Part shown: piece after piece, positions 14,897 to 27,535 of the stretch
Layout of the letters: each line of letters opens with the position of its first letter
How positions within the stretch are numbered: the stretch's first letter is position 1
From: Octopus vulgaris
Taxonomy: Eukaryota
Length of the DNA: 64,000 nucleotides
Assembly (NCBI GenBank): GCA_951406725.2
Contig: OX597828.1
Coordinates: forward strand, 46,872,001 to 46,936,000
Direction of reading: 5' to 3'
The notes under the pieces: generated by a model
Told to the model about the DNA's origin: nothing
What the model saw: the letters and a program-made list of their open reading frames with translations, nothing else
The model's database searches: none
Made by a program: the position numbers and the translations under genes

Positions 14897-15062
14897 TGAG
14901 TTCAAATTCCGCCGAGGTCGACTTTGCCTTTCATCCTTTCGGGGTCGATAAATTAAGTACCAGTTACGCAGTGGGGTCGATATAATCGATAATCGATTTG
15001 ATCCGTTTGTCTGTCCTTGTTTGTCCCCTCTATGTTTAGCCCCTTGTGGGCAATAAAGAAAC
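14897..15062 (+). mobile_element. SINE family B, 5'-truncated
   Basis: Core and tail match 3933-4170; flanked by a repeated GATATCACTTCCC (TSD-like). Confidence 0.85.
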
Positions 15063-16921
15063 AGATATCACTTCCCGTGTCTACTTGCATTGTGATACTA
15101 GTGTTTCAGTTTGTTGTAGTCACAACTTTTCCTGCTGACAAACTATTTACTTTTCTTGTTTGTTCCAATTTTCTATCATTCTAGTTTTGCAAGTGAGATT
15201 TTATATGTCCTGCAAACCCACAGCGAGAACACTTTACTTTTTTATACGGACTATCTTTTTTCAGATGCATCTCACTACATGCCATATATGGGTCTACATC
15301 GCGTTATTTTTTCTGTTTCTCCTGCAACTCTATTTGCCTTCCGACTTTTTTTTGCACTGGTCTTATGTGAAAACATTATTTGCATAGAATTTATTCTGTG
15401 TCATGCCTTAATTCTAATATCCTGTCTCACTCTTCCGATAATTTCTGCAAAGTCAAATCCTGGTGCATTTCCAGTTTTGATTGAATTTTCGTTCAGATTT
15501 CTGCATCCCTTCTCTCTGTCAATCCTTGTGCAAAACTCAAACACTTGAAAGTATCTGGAGTAAGCTTACTTAGCCTAAATCTCTCGCTTTCTTTGTTGAC
15601 TCTGCTTGTGTAAGTAGGGAAGTCTTCATCTTCGCTCTTTTCTACGTTCAAGCATTTTCAGCTAGTATTAAACGGTGAGCTCTTTTCACTAAACATTTTG
15701 CACAAAATGTCAACTGTGACGATGAAATTTATGTCGGACGCTTTGGGGGGGGGGGGACAATATGATGTTACTAGTTTTCTTAAAACTGAACGCGTTTTCC
15801 TTTCGGCCGTCCAACCGTGGAATTCTTTTTCAAAAATTTTTTTGAGAACTACGAAAGTAAACCTCAAAAGTTACTCCTGCTCCGGAGATATATTTGAATT
15901 ATTCGCATATGGAATTTGCTACATGGTCAGGTGAAAATATTTTCTCCCCTTTGGTTATCAACTTCATTTGGTGTAGCATTTGCTGCTGCAATCGTTGTTG
16001 TTGTTGTTGTTCTTGTTGTTCCTTGAGTTGTTGTCGCGGTTGTTGTTTTTGCAGTTCAACTATCCCAGCTAACAAGTCTTCAATATTTTACGATTTTCGC
16101 AAGTTCTCACAACAAGATTTTTGTTTCTTTTTTGTCGAGGTATCTTATTTTCTACGTGAATTAGTTTAAAACCTTCCGTGTGAAAGTTTTCTTTTTCTTT
16201 TTTTTTTACTCCACGTAAATTTGTTTTTACTCATCGCGACTATTGTAAAGCGGTCTTTTGCCACTGTTTTATGTATTTTGACGACGGTTGTCGCTCTGAC
16301 AAATATTGTTATATTCCGAAGTCATAGATAGAATGGTTCTATCTGTCACTGTACGAACCTCGGTCGTACAGTGTTATTATCTTAAAAAAAAAACTGGATC
16401 GATATAACGTCCACACAGCATCACAGTATAATTATTATATCATCACAGACACGACTATCAACACAGCCTACACGTATTCTCGACCTACCGACCTCCTGTC
16501 GGCCGGCTACTGGTCTATTCATAATGACTGGCTACTACCACTTTTTACCGTGAGTGGTGTTCTGTTTCACTATACAACAGAAACAACAAAAAGACAAACA
16601 ATGGTTTGTAAATGTGTTAAAATGAAATCTGCCCAGTATTTGCATTATACCAACTCAAAATCTAATGCATACTAATGTTTCACGTTTTACACGTTGAGAA
16701 ATGCGGAAGAGAAAATGGCAGAAATATTTGTGATACAAGTTCAAGAATAATGCAAAAGAGCAAAAAAAAAAAAAGTTAGATCAACATTTCAGTTGAAGAT
16801 TCTAACATCCGTTTATTTTATTTATTTATTTTTTAACCTGCAGCACTTTGTTTCGCAACATCTTCAAGCTCTGAAATTTGCAGACTGCCTTTCGCTCGTT
16901 TGGGTTTTATCGTAATTGTTA

Positions 16922-16967
<46 letters not shown>

Positions 16968-17548
16968 CATTATTATTATTTTCTTTTATTATTATGATAA
17001 AGGATTCTCTTTCTAACTAATACCAAATATTCTATAGAGAATTTTACGAAAACGTTACTAATTTGCCGTTCCTTTGAACAGAAGAGGAAGAAAAAGAGGA
17101 AGAAGAAGAAGAAGAAGAAGAAGAAGAAGAAGAAGAAGAAGAAGAAGAAGAAGAAGAAGAAGAAGACTGATGATGACGATAAGTTGAATTTACAAGAACT
17201 AGTTAGTGTCAATGAGTTCACCATTTTTTTTTTTTGGTGCGTATTCTTCACTTTTGGGGATGAGTCTGTTTTTATCTATTTATTTATTTATTTATTTTGT
17301 TCATTGCGTTGTTTTTTTAAGTAACGGAACCGTATTACAAAGGAACGTCAGATGAAACAGACAAACTACATCTGGGGAATTCATTCATCACATAATGCAC
17401 TCTTCGACAAAAACAAAGATGGATAAATAAATAAAACAAAAACTGTTACATTGACAGCAAAATTCATGCTCTTAGTGCATTTCGTAAGAACTCCACCCGT
17501 CACAAAAAGTATCAAGGAAATGTACGTCAAGAGTTCAGCAGAGACGGT

Positions 17549-18117
17549 TACTCTTTTACTCTTTTACTTGTTTCAGTCACTTGACTGCGGCCATGCTGAA
17601 GCACCACCTTTAGTCGAGCAAACCAACCCCAGGACTTATTCCTTGAAAGCCTAGTGCTTATTCTATCGATCTCTTTTGCCGAACCGCTAAGTTACCAAAT
17701 CCACTCACAAGGCTTTGGTCGGCCCGAGTCTATAATAGAAGCCACTTGCCCAAATTGCCACGCAGTGGGACTGAACCCGGAACCATATAGTTGGTAAGCA
17801 AGCTACTTACCACACAGCCACTCCTACGCCTTACTCTTACTCTTTTACTCTTTTACTTGTTTCAGTCATTTGACTGCGGCCATGCTGGAGCACCGCCTTT
17901 TAGTCGAGCAAATCGACCCCGGGACTTATTCCTTGTAAGACTAGTGCTTATTCTATCGATATCTTTTGCCGAACCGCTAAGTTACCAAATCCACTCACAA
18001 GGCTTTGGTCGGCCCGAGTCTATAATAGAAGCCACTTGCCCAAATTGTCACGCAGTGGGACTGAAAACGGAACCATATAGTTGGTAAGCAAGCTACTTAC
18101 CACACAGCCACTCCTAC
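17549..18117 (-). mobile_element. Tandem dimer of an internally deleted SINE family A
   Basis: Two units of about 285 bp share the junction GAACCGCTAAGTTACCAAATCC and private variants. Confidence 0.85.
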
Positions 18118-18186
18118 ACTTTTTTTTTCACTTGGCTGTCTTTATTTTTTAATTTTATTTTTATTGTTTTTTTTTGTTTTTTTTTT

Positions 18187-18530
18187 TACTTGTTTCAGTC
18201 ATTTGACTGCGGCCATGCTGGAGCACCGCCTTTTAGTCGAGCAAATCGACCCCGGGACTTATTCTTTGTAAGCCCAGTACTTATTCTATCGGTCTCTTTT
18301 GCTGAACCGCTAAGTAACGGGGACATAAACACACCAGCATCGGTTGTCAAGCAAGGCTAGGGGGTCAAACACACACACACACATATATATATATACATAT
18401 ATACGACAGGCTTCTTTCAGTTTCCGTCTACCAAATCCACTCACAAGGCATTGGTCGGCCCGGGGTTATAGCAGAAGACACTTGCCCAAGATGCCACGCA
18501 GTGGGACTGAACCCGGAACCATGTGGTTGG
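18187..18530 (-). mobile_element. SINE family A, 5'-clipped
   Basis: Reverse-complement family A sequence. Confidence 0.85.
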
Positions 18531-18884
18531 TTTTTAAATATACTTCGCGATATATAGTTTCATGTAACTGCTTTATAATCAAATCTCACGGAAATCGATC
18601 TTCATCTTTTATTTAACCACACCCCAGGCCTCACATACACCCCCTCCCTTGAAATATAATTGTTTCTAAAACAGGGACAAGGTTTGATATTATTTTGGAG
18701 TCTGGTAATTTATTTATTATATATATTTTCCATTTCTCCAACCCGCCATGAAATGTTGACCTCAGCCGCATATGAACTTAGAACGAAAGGAGCCGGAAAT
18801 TGCTTTTAAACACGGACACAAACCTGGCTGAGACAGACAATTATACACCGACCCAAATACTTGAAAGATAGATGAAACTAACAC

Positions 18885-18946
18885 GCACACACACACACAC
18901 ATACACACACACATACATACATACATACATACATACATACATACAT

Positions 18947-18977
<31 letters not shown>

Positions 18978-19036
18978 TACATACATACATACATACATAC
19001 ATACACACATACACACACATACACACACACATACAT

Positions 19037-19093
<57 letters not shown>

Positions 19094-19110
19094 TACATGC
19101 ATGCATACAT

Positions 19111-19143
<33 letters not shown>

Positions 19144-19240
19144 TACATACATACATACATACATACATACATACACATACACACACACACACACACATAC
19201 ATACATACATACATACATACATACATACATACATACATAC
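18885..19240. repeat. (ATAC)n/(AC)n microsatellite, continuing at 23033-23145 after the hAT insertion
   Basis: Directly visible. Confidence 0.95.
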
Positions 19241-22200
19241 CAGTGGCGTGCGGTGACTTCCGGCGTTGGGCATGCAATTAATTTCATTGCCCCCCCTCCC
19301 ACCGGCAATTTTTCAGTAAAACATTTTCGTATTCCTACGATTTACATATAAGAGATTCTGAATATGCAGAATAAACAGGGAATAAAAAATGGCTGTGCAG
19401 AGATGATCCTGAAATAAGTGTATTGTTTGTATTATTCTTTGCTCTTCGAAACGTCAGTACTTTCCCATCCTCATTCTCCCTTAGAAAAGTCTAAAAATCA
19501 TAAGTGAAATGTAATAAAGATGAAATTGGATTCTGTCAATATTTTTGCATATTCAGAATCTCTGTTAAAGGTAGGAATCCGAAAAAAATTTTTTCACATA
19601 AATTCGTTTTTCAAAGGGGTGCGATTCTGCATTAGCCCCTATACCTATCGGTTGAGCTGAATGAAATGATTTAATTAAAAGAACACATTTAGTTACATTA
19701 TATGGCCATGGTTTTAGATCGTTACGCTCTCGAAGACAAGTCAGGTTCTTTATCATGCTACTTGTCAATTCCGGGAAAATTATTGACTGTTCTGAGACTT
19801 ACTGAACTCCGTACATTAAAGGACTACGTCTCACGCACAAACATTGAAAATACACGCATATACATGAATACACACACAATGAAAGACAGCGAAAATTCAA
19901 CATTGTAAAAAGCCTCCCAAAACTGTTGTGGCAGAAGTCAACATCTCTGAGATTGAAACAAGACACTTATTGAAAGTGAAACAAAACACTTATTTACGGC
20001 CGTAAATAGACTACACCCAGCAGCACAGAAAGGGAAATCTATGTAGGTAGGTTTCACGAAGAAATCAAAACATTTCTCCTGCGAAACAATACTGATGTAA
20101 GAAGGTCGAACCTTACGTTATAACAAACACTAAGCAAAACCTGTAATATATGCTCTTTAATATATATATTTTTTAATGTTTTAAAATGTTACTTAGCTCA
20201 TTTATAAATTAATTCAATTCTTCGATCTTTCTGGGCAAATACATCTATCACATTTTCATAGAAATCTTCTCTTTTCATCAATTCTTGTAATAAATCTTTT
20301 TCAATTGACATTAGTGCTAACCCAGACAGTCTTCTTTCTCCTGTCGCATTTCTTTGGTATGTTTTGATTCTACTTAATGCAGAAAAGGATCGCTCTACAG
20401 AAGCAGTGGTAGACGGAATTGTCAAAATCAACTTGCACAGATTGAAGAGTTCTGGCATAGCTTCAACAAGATCAGTGCTGTTAATGTAACTCATTAAATG
20501 ACTCACACTTGGTTTTTTAAAATCTTTCATTGAATACATCACATTGAGCTCACTTTGTAATCGTATTACATCAAAAAATCTGCCATAACTTGTTCTTAAA
20601 GAATCTAAAGAGTCCACAGGAAATTGTTTGCAATACTCATCAACTTTGTTGAAATTCAAAAGTTCCATGAATTTAAACTCTTCTAAGGATGAATATCGTG
20701 CTTTTATTTGGTCAACTATTGTACTTATAATTTTGTTATAAAGCGTTCTATAATGTCGTTGGGGATCAATAGATATATTCTTGGATCTCTGAATTCCGAT
20801 TCCTGCATCGACTCCATATTTTTCCCCTAACCTATCATAAAAGACTGAAAAATTATCAAGTTTGTTTTCGAGTACAGTTCTAGTTTTATCTATTTGCTGT
20901 TTACAATACACTATGTCATGACTTTTACTCTGGAGTATGTTAAATAAGACGTCAGTAAAAGAAAAAATGTCACTGAATACCTCTAACAAAAATAAGAAAT
21001 CAGGAGCTTTTAAAGTGTGTAAGAATCCAATTGCTGAATTTATGGTGGTCTCATCCCATGCTTCAGGATTTTCAATGATGTGTTCAAAAAGGCTGATTAT
21101 GAAATTATAATTTTCCTTTGTGGTAATAATAAGACGTGAGGAGTAATTCCATCTAGTTGCTGTTGCTTTCGGAAATCTTTTTTTAACAATATTATCTAAT
21201 GCATTAGTCCTTTTCGGTGATTTCGTAAAAAATGTACCAAGTCCATTTATTGTAGAAAAAAATATCTTGCATTCTTTCATAGCAGAGCATGATTGTGAAA
21301 GAACTAAATTTAGGATATGGGCACAACAATGAATAAAGATCGCACATTCATATTTCTTTCTTACTTTTGCCTGTAACCCATTTAGTTGTCCTGCCATTGT
21401 AGCGGCACCATCATATGTCTGCGCAATCAATTTGTTTCCACATTCCCACGTCTCAATGCATTTAAAAACATGTTCAGATAAAGCATTTGCAGATCGATCT
21501 GCACTAACATCACTAAAACCGATAAATCGTTCTTTCGTCACACAGTCTCCTGTAACATAACGTAAAACTGTTGACAGTTGTGAAGATGCTGAGACATCAG
21601 ATGTCTCATCAACAAGAATAGAAACAAACTTAGCTTGGTCAATTTCCTTCTGCATCTCATTCAACATAACTTTATGAATTGCTTCGATCAAGTCATTTTG
21701 AATTATGTTCGACAGACCAGTGAAGATAGAAGCTGTATCTAAATGACTTTCCATTTGTTTGTCATACTTACTGATCAAATAAACGAGTTCTTTATAATTT
21801 CCCCGATTATTAGAGCCTTCAGATTCAAAATGACCCCGAAACGATAATTCCTGGAGGCCTAAAAAAATAACAACATCGATCAATCGTTGCAGAATGGATC
21901 TGTTTCGTCGAACTTTCTCATTATGCTGTTGTATGCTTTGATTTTTACGTGCATCTAATTGTAAGTCTATGCGAACATTCCCGAATATTTTAAGGTCTAT
22001 CAAACATTTTATATGCCTTTGAGATCGCTCGTGCTTTAGCATAGCCATATGTAAATTATTTAAATCATCATAGCCTTTATCATTCCAAACATTTTTTTCT
22101 AAGCCAAAAAGTAAACACGGCCAACAGAATAATTTATTAAGAGCAACACTTCCAGTTAACCATTTCTTCTTTTCATACGAATTAACCTGAAATTGTCTCG

Positions 22201-23032
22201 TGAATTTCTTGTTGTAGCTTCGCAAATTAGGTAAATTCGGTGTTGGTCTCCCGCGATTTATAATTAATTTTTTCCCATCGAAGTCCCTTTTAGAAAAGCT
22301 AGTTCTCAAAATATCGTTTATAGCACACATTTCACTCATTTTCAAAAAGGCTGCTCTTATTTAAGGACCACGTGGAAGCGCCGGTGTAAATTTTAAGTCA
22401 ATTTCAACAAAACGGAAAAATACCCTTTGTTAAATTAATTTAAGATTAATTAGCTATTTCTGAAATAAGAAATATAATGTAGATATTTTTGCTTTCAAAA
22501 CTTTCTAAAAATATGATAGTGCAAACGGATGTTTTGGATAAAAAATTTCAAACTTACATGCGAAGGCTATTCCAACATTTCAGCTGGCTAAAACAAGAAT
22601 TATGGGACGGCTCTTGTTCCGGTCAAAATAGCCAGAGGCGTGATATGCGATCTAAGCACAGCATGACACGCCAAACTGAATTTGTCGAATCGCTGAGAGA
22701 GAAGGGGGTGACCATTCCTCGTAGTATATCTTTTAAACAAAGAAAGAGGGAGAAGGGACAAACTATCAAAGACAGAGAGAAGGGACTCATGCTGTCTTCC
22801 CAACGCATGACAAGCGATAAATTTATCGAGTCACTAAGATAGAGAGAGAGAGGAAGGAAGGACAAACTAATACAGACAGAGAGGGAGTGTGTATCATGCG
22901 ATCTTCTAAAAGCATTTATCAAAGCAGATGTACGAAGTGGAGACAATATTTCTAAAACAACTGGACGTATTTTCTTTGAAACAAGGAAGGCATGCAGCGC
23001 ATACCTTGCATTGCTGAGAGTGCACGCCCCTG
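19241..23032 (-). mobile_element. Complete autonomous hAT DNA transposon (Tip100-like), 3792 bp
   Basis: TIRs CAGTGGCGTGC (19241) and GCACGCCCCTG (ends 23032; 10/11 match); 8-bp ATACATAC on both flanks; intact transposase ORF inside. Confidence 0.92.
20198..22345 (-). CDS. hAT transposase, 715 aa (type often annotated as ZMYM1-like)
   Basis: Uninterrupted ORF with TTF-type Zn finger (WL...FCWPCLLF...KHERSQRH), FRGH..NRGNY region, catalytic D (VDETSD), D (TYDGA), CxxH (HCCAH), TRW, and E in SVERSFSALSRIKT (dimerisation domain). Confidence 0.95.
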   Translation of the reverse strand: MKMSEMCAINDILRTSFSKRDFDGKKLIINRGRPTPNLPNLRSYNKKFTRQFQVNSYEKKKWLTGSVALNKLFCWPCLLFGLEKNVWNDKGYDDLNNLHMAMLKHERSQRHIKCLIDLKIFGNVRIDLQLDARKNQSIQQHNEKVRRNRSILQRLIDVVIFLGLQELSFRGHFESEGSNNRGNYKELVYLISKYDKQMESHLDTASIFTGLSNIIQNDLIEAIHKVMLNEMQKEIDQAKFVSILVDETSDVSASSQLSTVLRYVTGDCVTKERFIGFSDVSADRSANALSEHVFKCIETWECGNKLIAQTYDGAATMAGQLNGLQAKVRKKYECAIFIHCCAHILNLVLSQSCSAMKECKIFFSTINGLGTFFTKSPKRTNALDNIVKKRFPKATATRWNYSSRLIITTKENYNFIISLFEHIIENPEAWDETTINSAIGFLHTLKAPDFLFLLEVFSDIFSFTDVLFNILQSKSHDIVYCKQQIDKTRTVLENKLDNFSVFYDRLGEKYGVDAGIGIQRSKNISIDPQRHYRTLYNKIISTIVDQIKARYSSLEEFKFMELLNFNKVDEYCKQFPVDSLDSLRTSYGRFFDVIRLQSELNVMYSMKDFKKPSVSHLMSYINSTDLVEAMPELFNLCKLILTIPSTTASVERSFSALSRIKTYQRNATGERRLSGLALMSIEKDLLQELMKREDFYENVIDVFAQKDRRIELIYK

Positions 23033-23650
23033 ATACATACACACACACACACACATACATACATACATACATACATACATACATACATACATACATACAT
23101 ACATACATACATACATACATACATACATACATACATACATACATACGAACACCCACAGACAAATGTTCTAGAAATGATGTCAAAAAAGGTTTATTATTAA
23201 TTTCGTCTCACCATCTTTAAGAAGGTTAATCGATTCTATATACATCCGATCATATTGTATTTTTTTCGAATTCTCTCGCGAAAGAAATTCATGGATCTAC
23301 GTATGAAAATCTCTCTTTTTGTCGTTTCCAGAAAGAATGTAAGCACACACACTCACATACATTCACACGTGCAAACGTAGTTACATCATATACACATACA
23401 TACACGTGTGTGTGTATATGCGTGTGTGCGTGTGTATGTGTGTGTGTGTGTGTGCGCACACGCGGCGTGTGTGTGTGTGTTTACGTGTAATATTTAATCC
23501 ATAATCGTTAGTCCAAGAAATACATATATACTGTTTGGTATATGGCTCATCAGGAACTAAATAACAATATTTAGGAAAACTAATTTATAAATTATGGCAA
23601 GCCAGAAAGAAAGAAAATAAGGAAAATACATACATACATACATACATACA

Positions 23651-23681
<31 letters not shown>

Positions 23682-24389
23682 TTACATATATACATATATG
23701 GTGGCTGCCCCCTCGTTATTGAGTATGGCCATTGCACGAAGGTTAATCAATGTTGTTATCATGCAATGCCTGTGCAAGAATATTTTTTTTAAGTGAGGAA
23801 AGGCTGTGCACTGAGTCAATCCCACTCACTAAGCAACAGCAGCCATAATCCGAAAAGAAGAATATGTCAACATCATCGGTAACCACTGAGCCGCAGGTTT
23901 TATGGCGAAGTTATCCCAGTTACTTGAGTTACCTTCTCCTAGAAGGATGCCCTAACAACGGCTAAGAGTCCTTCACTCCCAATACATACATACATACATA
24001 CATACATACATACATACATACATACATACATACATACATACATACATACATAGATACATACATACATACACATTTTCAAAAATTCTACCAGTGAACGACA
24101 GAAAAATTCAGAAAAAAAACATGGACGAGCTCTTCCCTCGTCAGGTATGTGTTACTGCATCTGGCGGAACCGTGTGAATTTCGCGTGTCACATAAAACTT
24201 TGCATTACTAATGGTGAAAATCTTACAGAAATGTAGTAGAAATGTAGTCTTACGTTAATGTAGTAGAATAAGATTACTGACACTATACATTTTCGACTAT
24301 GTATCCGGGTATTGTAGTCGCCTTGTATATACATCAATATATGGTAGGTGCTTCCTCGTATACGAGCTAAGCCATTACTAGAAGGAATC

Positions 24390-24660
24390 ATTGAAATGAG
24401 TCATTGATGATGCAATGTGAGGTCCGTGTATGATTCTTGAGCCCTGCCAAATATTTGCGCATTTTATTGCCTAACTTACAGTTTTGCTGGCTGGCAGAGG
24501 AAACAGGTGCCACCGTATGAAATCTTTTAACATGAGTTTTCAATCGTCCAACTGAAAAGCACATTTTCCACAAGTTGCACGTGTTCTATTGTGAACAATA
24601 TCCGTCTCACAATTTACAAGAGGTAAATTTACCAGTTAGTTCTCTGGTGGCTGAGCAGGC
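24390..24660 (-). pseudogene. Degenerate C2H2 zinc-finger-like fragment, possibly the 3' end of an RTE-type LINE
   Basis: TCGK..(frameshift)..LKTHVKRFH and CKL.NK.RKYLAGLKNHTRTSH resemble decayed C2H2 fingers. Confidence 0.35.
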
Positions 24661-25162
24661 CTGCAAGACTTCCCACAAATCATATACATACATACACACA
24701 TAGATACATACATACATACATACATACATACATACATACATACATACATACATACATACATACATACATACACACACAAACACACAAGCACATGTACATA
24801 CGCACACACATGCATACGTGTATATACGTGTGTATATATAGATATATGTATATATAAAACTGAGAATGCGTCTTTGTCTCTGTGTGTCTGTATGTGTGCA
24901 TCTCTAACACTCGAGAACTACCCAACAAATGTAATTCAAATTTTACACATGGAGTGTCATGGGCCCAAAAAGATTTCAATTTCTTGCATAATGCGAACCC
25001 GGAAAAATCTCTTAGACTGTTTCAGTATTACGGGTCAAACGTGAAACACTAACATATCGTATTGTAAGATAATAGTTTCTCATTTAATAGTTTCATTATA
25101 TATGGTATATACATAGTGAAACTATTAATAGGGAAACTATTATCTCACATTCCATATATACA

Positions 25163-25239
<77 letters not shown>

Positions 25240-25347
25240 GTATGTATATTGGTAAAAACGGTAAGATAATAAAAGAAAGAAAGAGACCTCAATATTATGT
25301 AAATAGAGCAAATTTATCTGTAAAATAATATGTGACAATTATTCGAT

Positions 25348-25419
25348 AGCCAAGATAAAACTCTGTGTTTCGGATGCCGAGGTGGAAATTCACACCACCA
25401 TCTCTTCGGTTATCTGGCC
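25348..25419 (-). ncRNA. Type I hammerhead-like motif (U4C variant) in a PLE-type terminus
   Basis: Minus: GCCAGAUAA-CCGAAGA-GAUG...CAUC-CGAAAC-acaga-GUU-UUAUCUUGGC; stem I and stem II pair. Confidence 0.6.
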
Positions 25420-25774
25420 ATCGGAAAAGCGCTAAGAAAAAAGACCGTTATACAAAGGGAAATTACTGTGTTATAGTCCGCTACTTATGCAAAAGCGCTA
25501 ATTCGAATGACCGCTAATTAAGATAAGGTTAAAGTTCTTAGTAAACACGTAAGCATGCCTGTTCATACGTATACATGTGCGCTCGAGCACCCGCGTGCGT
25601 ACGTATACATCACTATGAAAACATACACATCTTCACTCGCATTTTTTGCCAAATGTGTATGCATATATATATACAAACTCATACACACACGCGCACCGTA
25701 AAAGTTCATACATACGTCTACATACGCACAAGCACAAGAAAAGACAGGGTTAAGGATAACAATACAGAAAAAAG

Positions 25775-26680
25775 GCATGTCCAGTTGAGTTTGATAAGCT
25801 CCTTGAGGCATTACTTGAAGAATATCCTGCATTAATAGTTGAAGAATTGACAATAAAGCTTAGTTCAAACCATACAACTGTTCATTGTCATCTTCAACAA
25901 CTTCGAAAGGTTCCTAAACTTGGAAAATGGGTGCCTCATGAATTTCCGAAAGCAACTGCAAATGCCGTGTTGACATCTTCTCTTCTCTCCATTCTCGCGA
26001 ACTCATTTCAACTATTTTGGATAGACTTGTAACTGTTGACGAAAAATAGATCTTCTATCTAATGTCAAACGCCGTAAACAGTGGATGGTAAAAGGGAAAA
26101 GGCTCAACCACAACCGAGAAGGGACCTTCAGTGAAAAAAGGTTCTTCTCTCTATCTGGTGGGATTGGAAAGGAGTAATTTACATTGAATTGTTACCACCT
26201 AATGCAACAATCAATGCTCAAGCCTACTGTCAGCAATTAGAGCGTTTGAACCAAGTTCTGAAGGAAAAAAGACCCGCTTTAGTGACTCGAAAAGGAGTAA
26301 TGTTTCATCAGGACAATGCGCGACCCCACATTGCAAAGATCACATCACTGAAGATCGAAAAGCTTGGTTGGGAAAAAATTCCTCATCCACCTTATTCTCC
26401 CGAACTTACTCCTTCACACTACCATTTGTTTCGTAGTTTACAGAATCATTTGCGGGACATAACTTTCGCAAGCCAGGAGGAGGTCGAAACTTTCAGAGTT
26501 CTTCGCTTTGAAACCAAAAGAGTTTTACATTGATGGGATTAAAAAGCTTGTAAATAGATGGAAGGAAGTTATAGATAATCAGGGAAATTACGTTGAGGCT
26601 TAAATTTCAATTAAATATATCATTTGATCACTTGTTTTCTTTATTCAGAATTCGGACAGAACTTATGGGATGAAGTGATA
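25775..26680 (+). mobile_element. mariner (DD34D) element, 5'-truncated and decayed
   Basis: KLGKWVPHE, VTVDEK, FHQDNARPH and HPPYSPELTPSHYHLF motifs; TIR-like end GAACTTATGGGATGAAGTGATA-TA. Confidence 0.9.
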
Positions 26681-26703
26681 TATGTATATATAAATATTTA
26701 CAA

Positions 26704-26765
<62 letters not shown>

Positions 26766-26767
<2 letters not shown>

Positions 26768-26841
26768 TATAACCTCTGGCCCATCAAAGCCTTGTGAGTG
26801 GATTTCGTAAGCAGAAACTGAAAGAAGACTGCCGTTATATA

Positions 26842-26907
<66 letters not shown>

Positions 26908-27155
26908 TGCGTGTGTGTTTGTGTGTTTGTGTGTGTGTGTGTGTCTGTCTGTCTGTGTCTGTGATCGTACTCTCACCATCGCTTAACAGCCGATGTTGCT
27001 GTGTTTACGCCCACGTAACTGAGCCGTTTGGCAATCACACCGGTGGAAAAAGTACTAAGCTTGCAAAGAATAAATCCTGCGGTCAATGTCTTCGACTAAA
27101 GGCGGTGCTCCAGCACGGGTGCAATCACATGACCGAAAGAAGTAAAGCAATAAAA
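26766..27155 (+). mobile_element. SINE family A, diverged and headless
   Basis: GCCTTGTGAGTGGATTT...GGCGGTGCTCCAGCA homology. Confidence 0.75.
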
Positions 27156-27221
27156 AACTATCCCATTTTAATCCCGAGCAACACCAGGTATCACTCATAC
27201 ATACATATACATACATATATA

Positions 27222-27308
<87 letters not shown>

Positions 27309-27489
27309 CGGAGATGTACTTGCATAGCAAGTGATTTGATCTGAGATCGTGTGCTGAAACGAAAACAATTGCAGCGTGGAAGGTGTTTCTAAGCCATTTA
27401 AGAAACACACAAAAGCCGTTCGATTCACTTCAACATTTAAGTTTAATTTGTCAAAATATTTTCGTCGCTTTAAGACCGCGACCTGTTCA

Positions 27490-27535
<46 letters not shown>

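Noticed and set aside
20198-22345. Host ZMYM1-like gene
   Set aside because: Intronless and flanked by TIRs and an 8-bp duplication, so it is better explained as a transposon-borne transposase.
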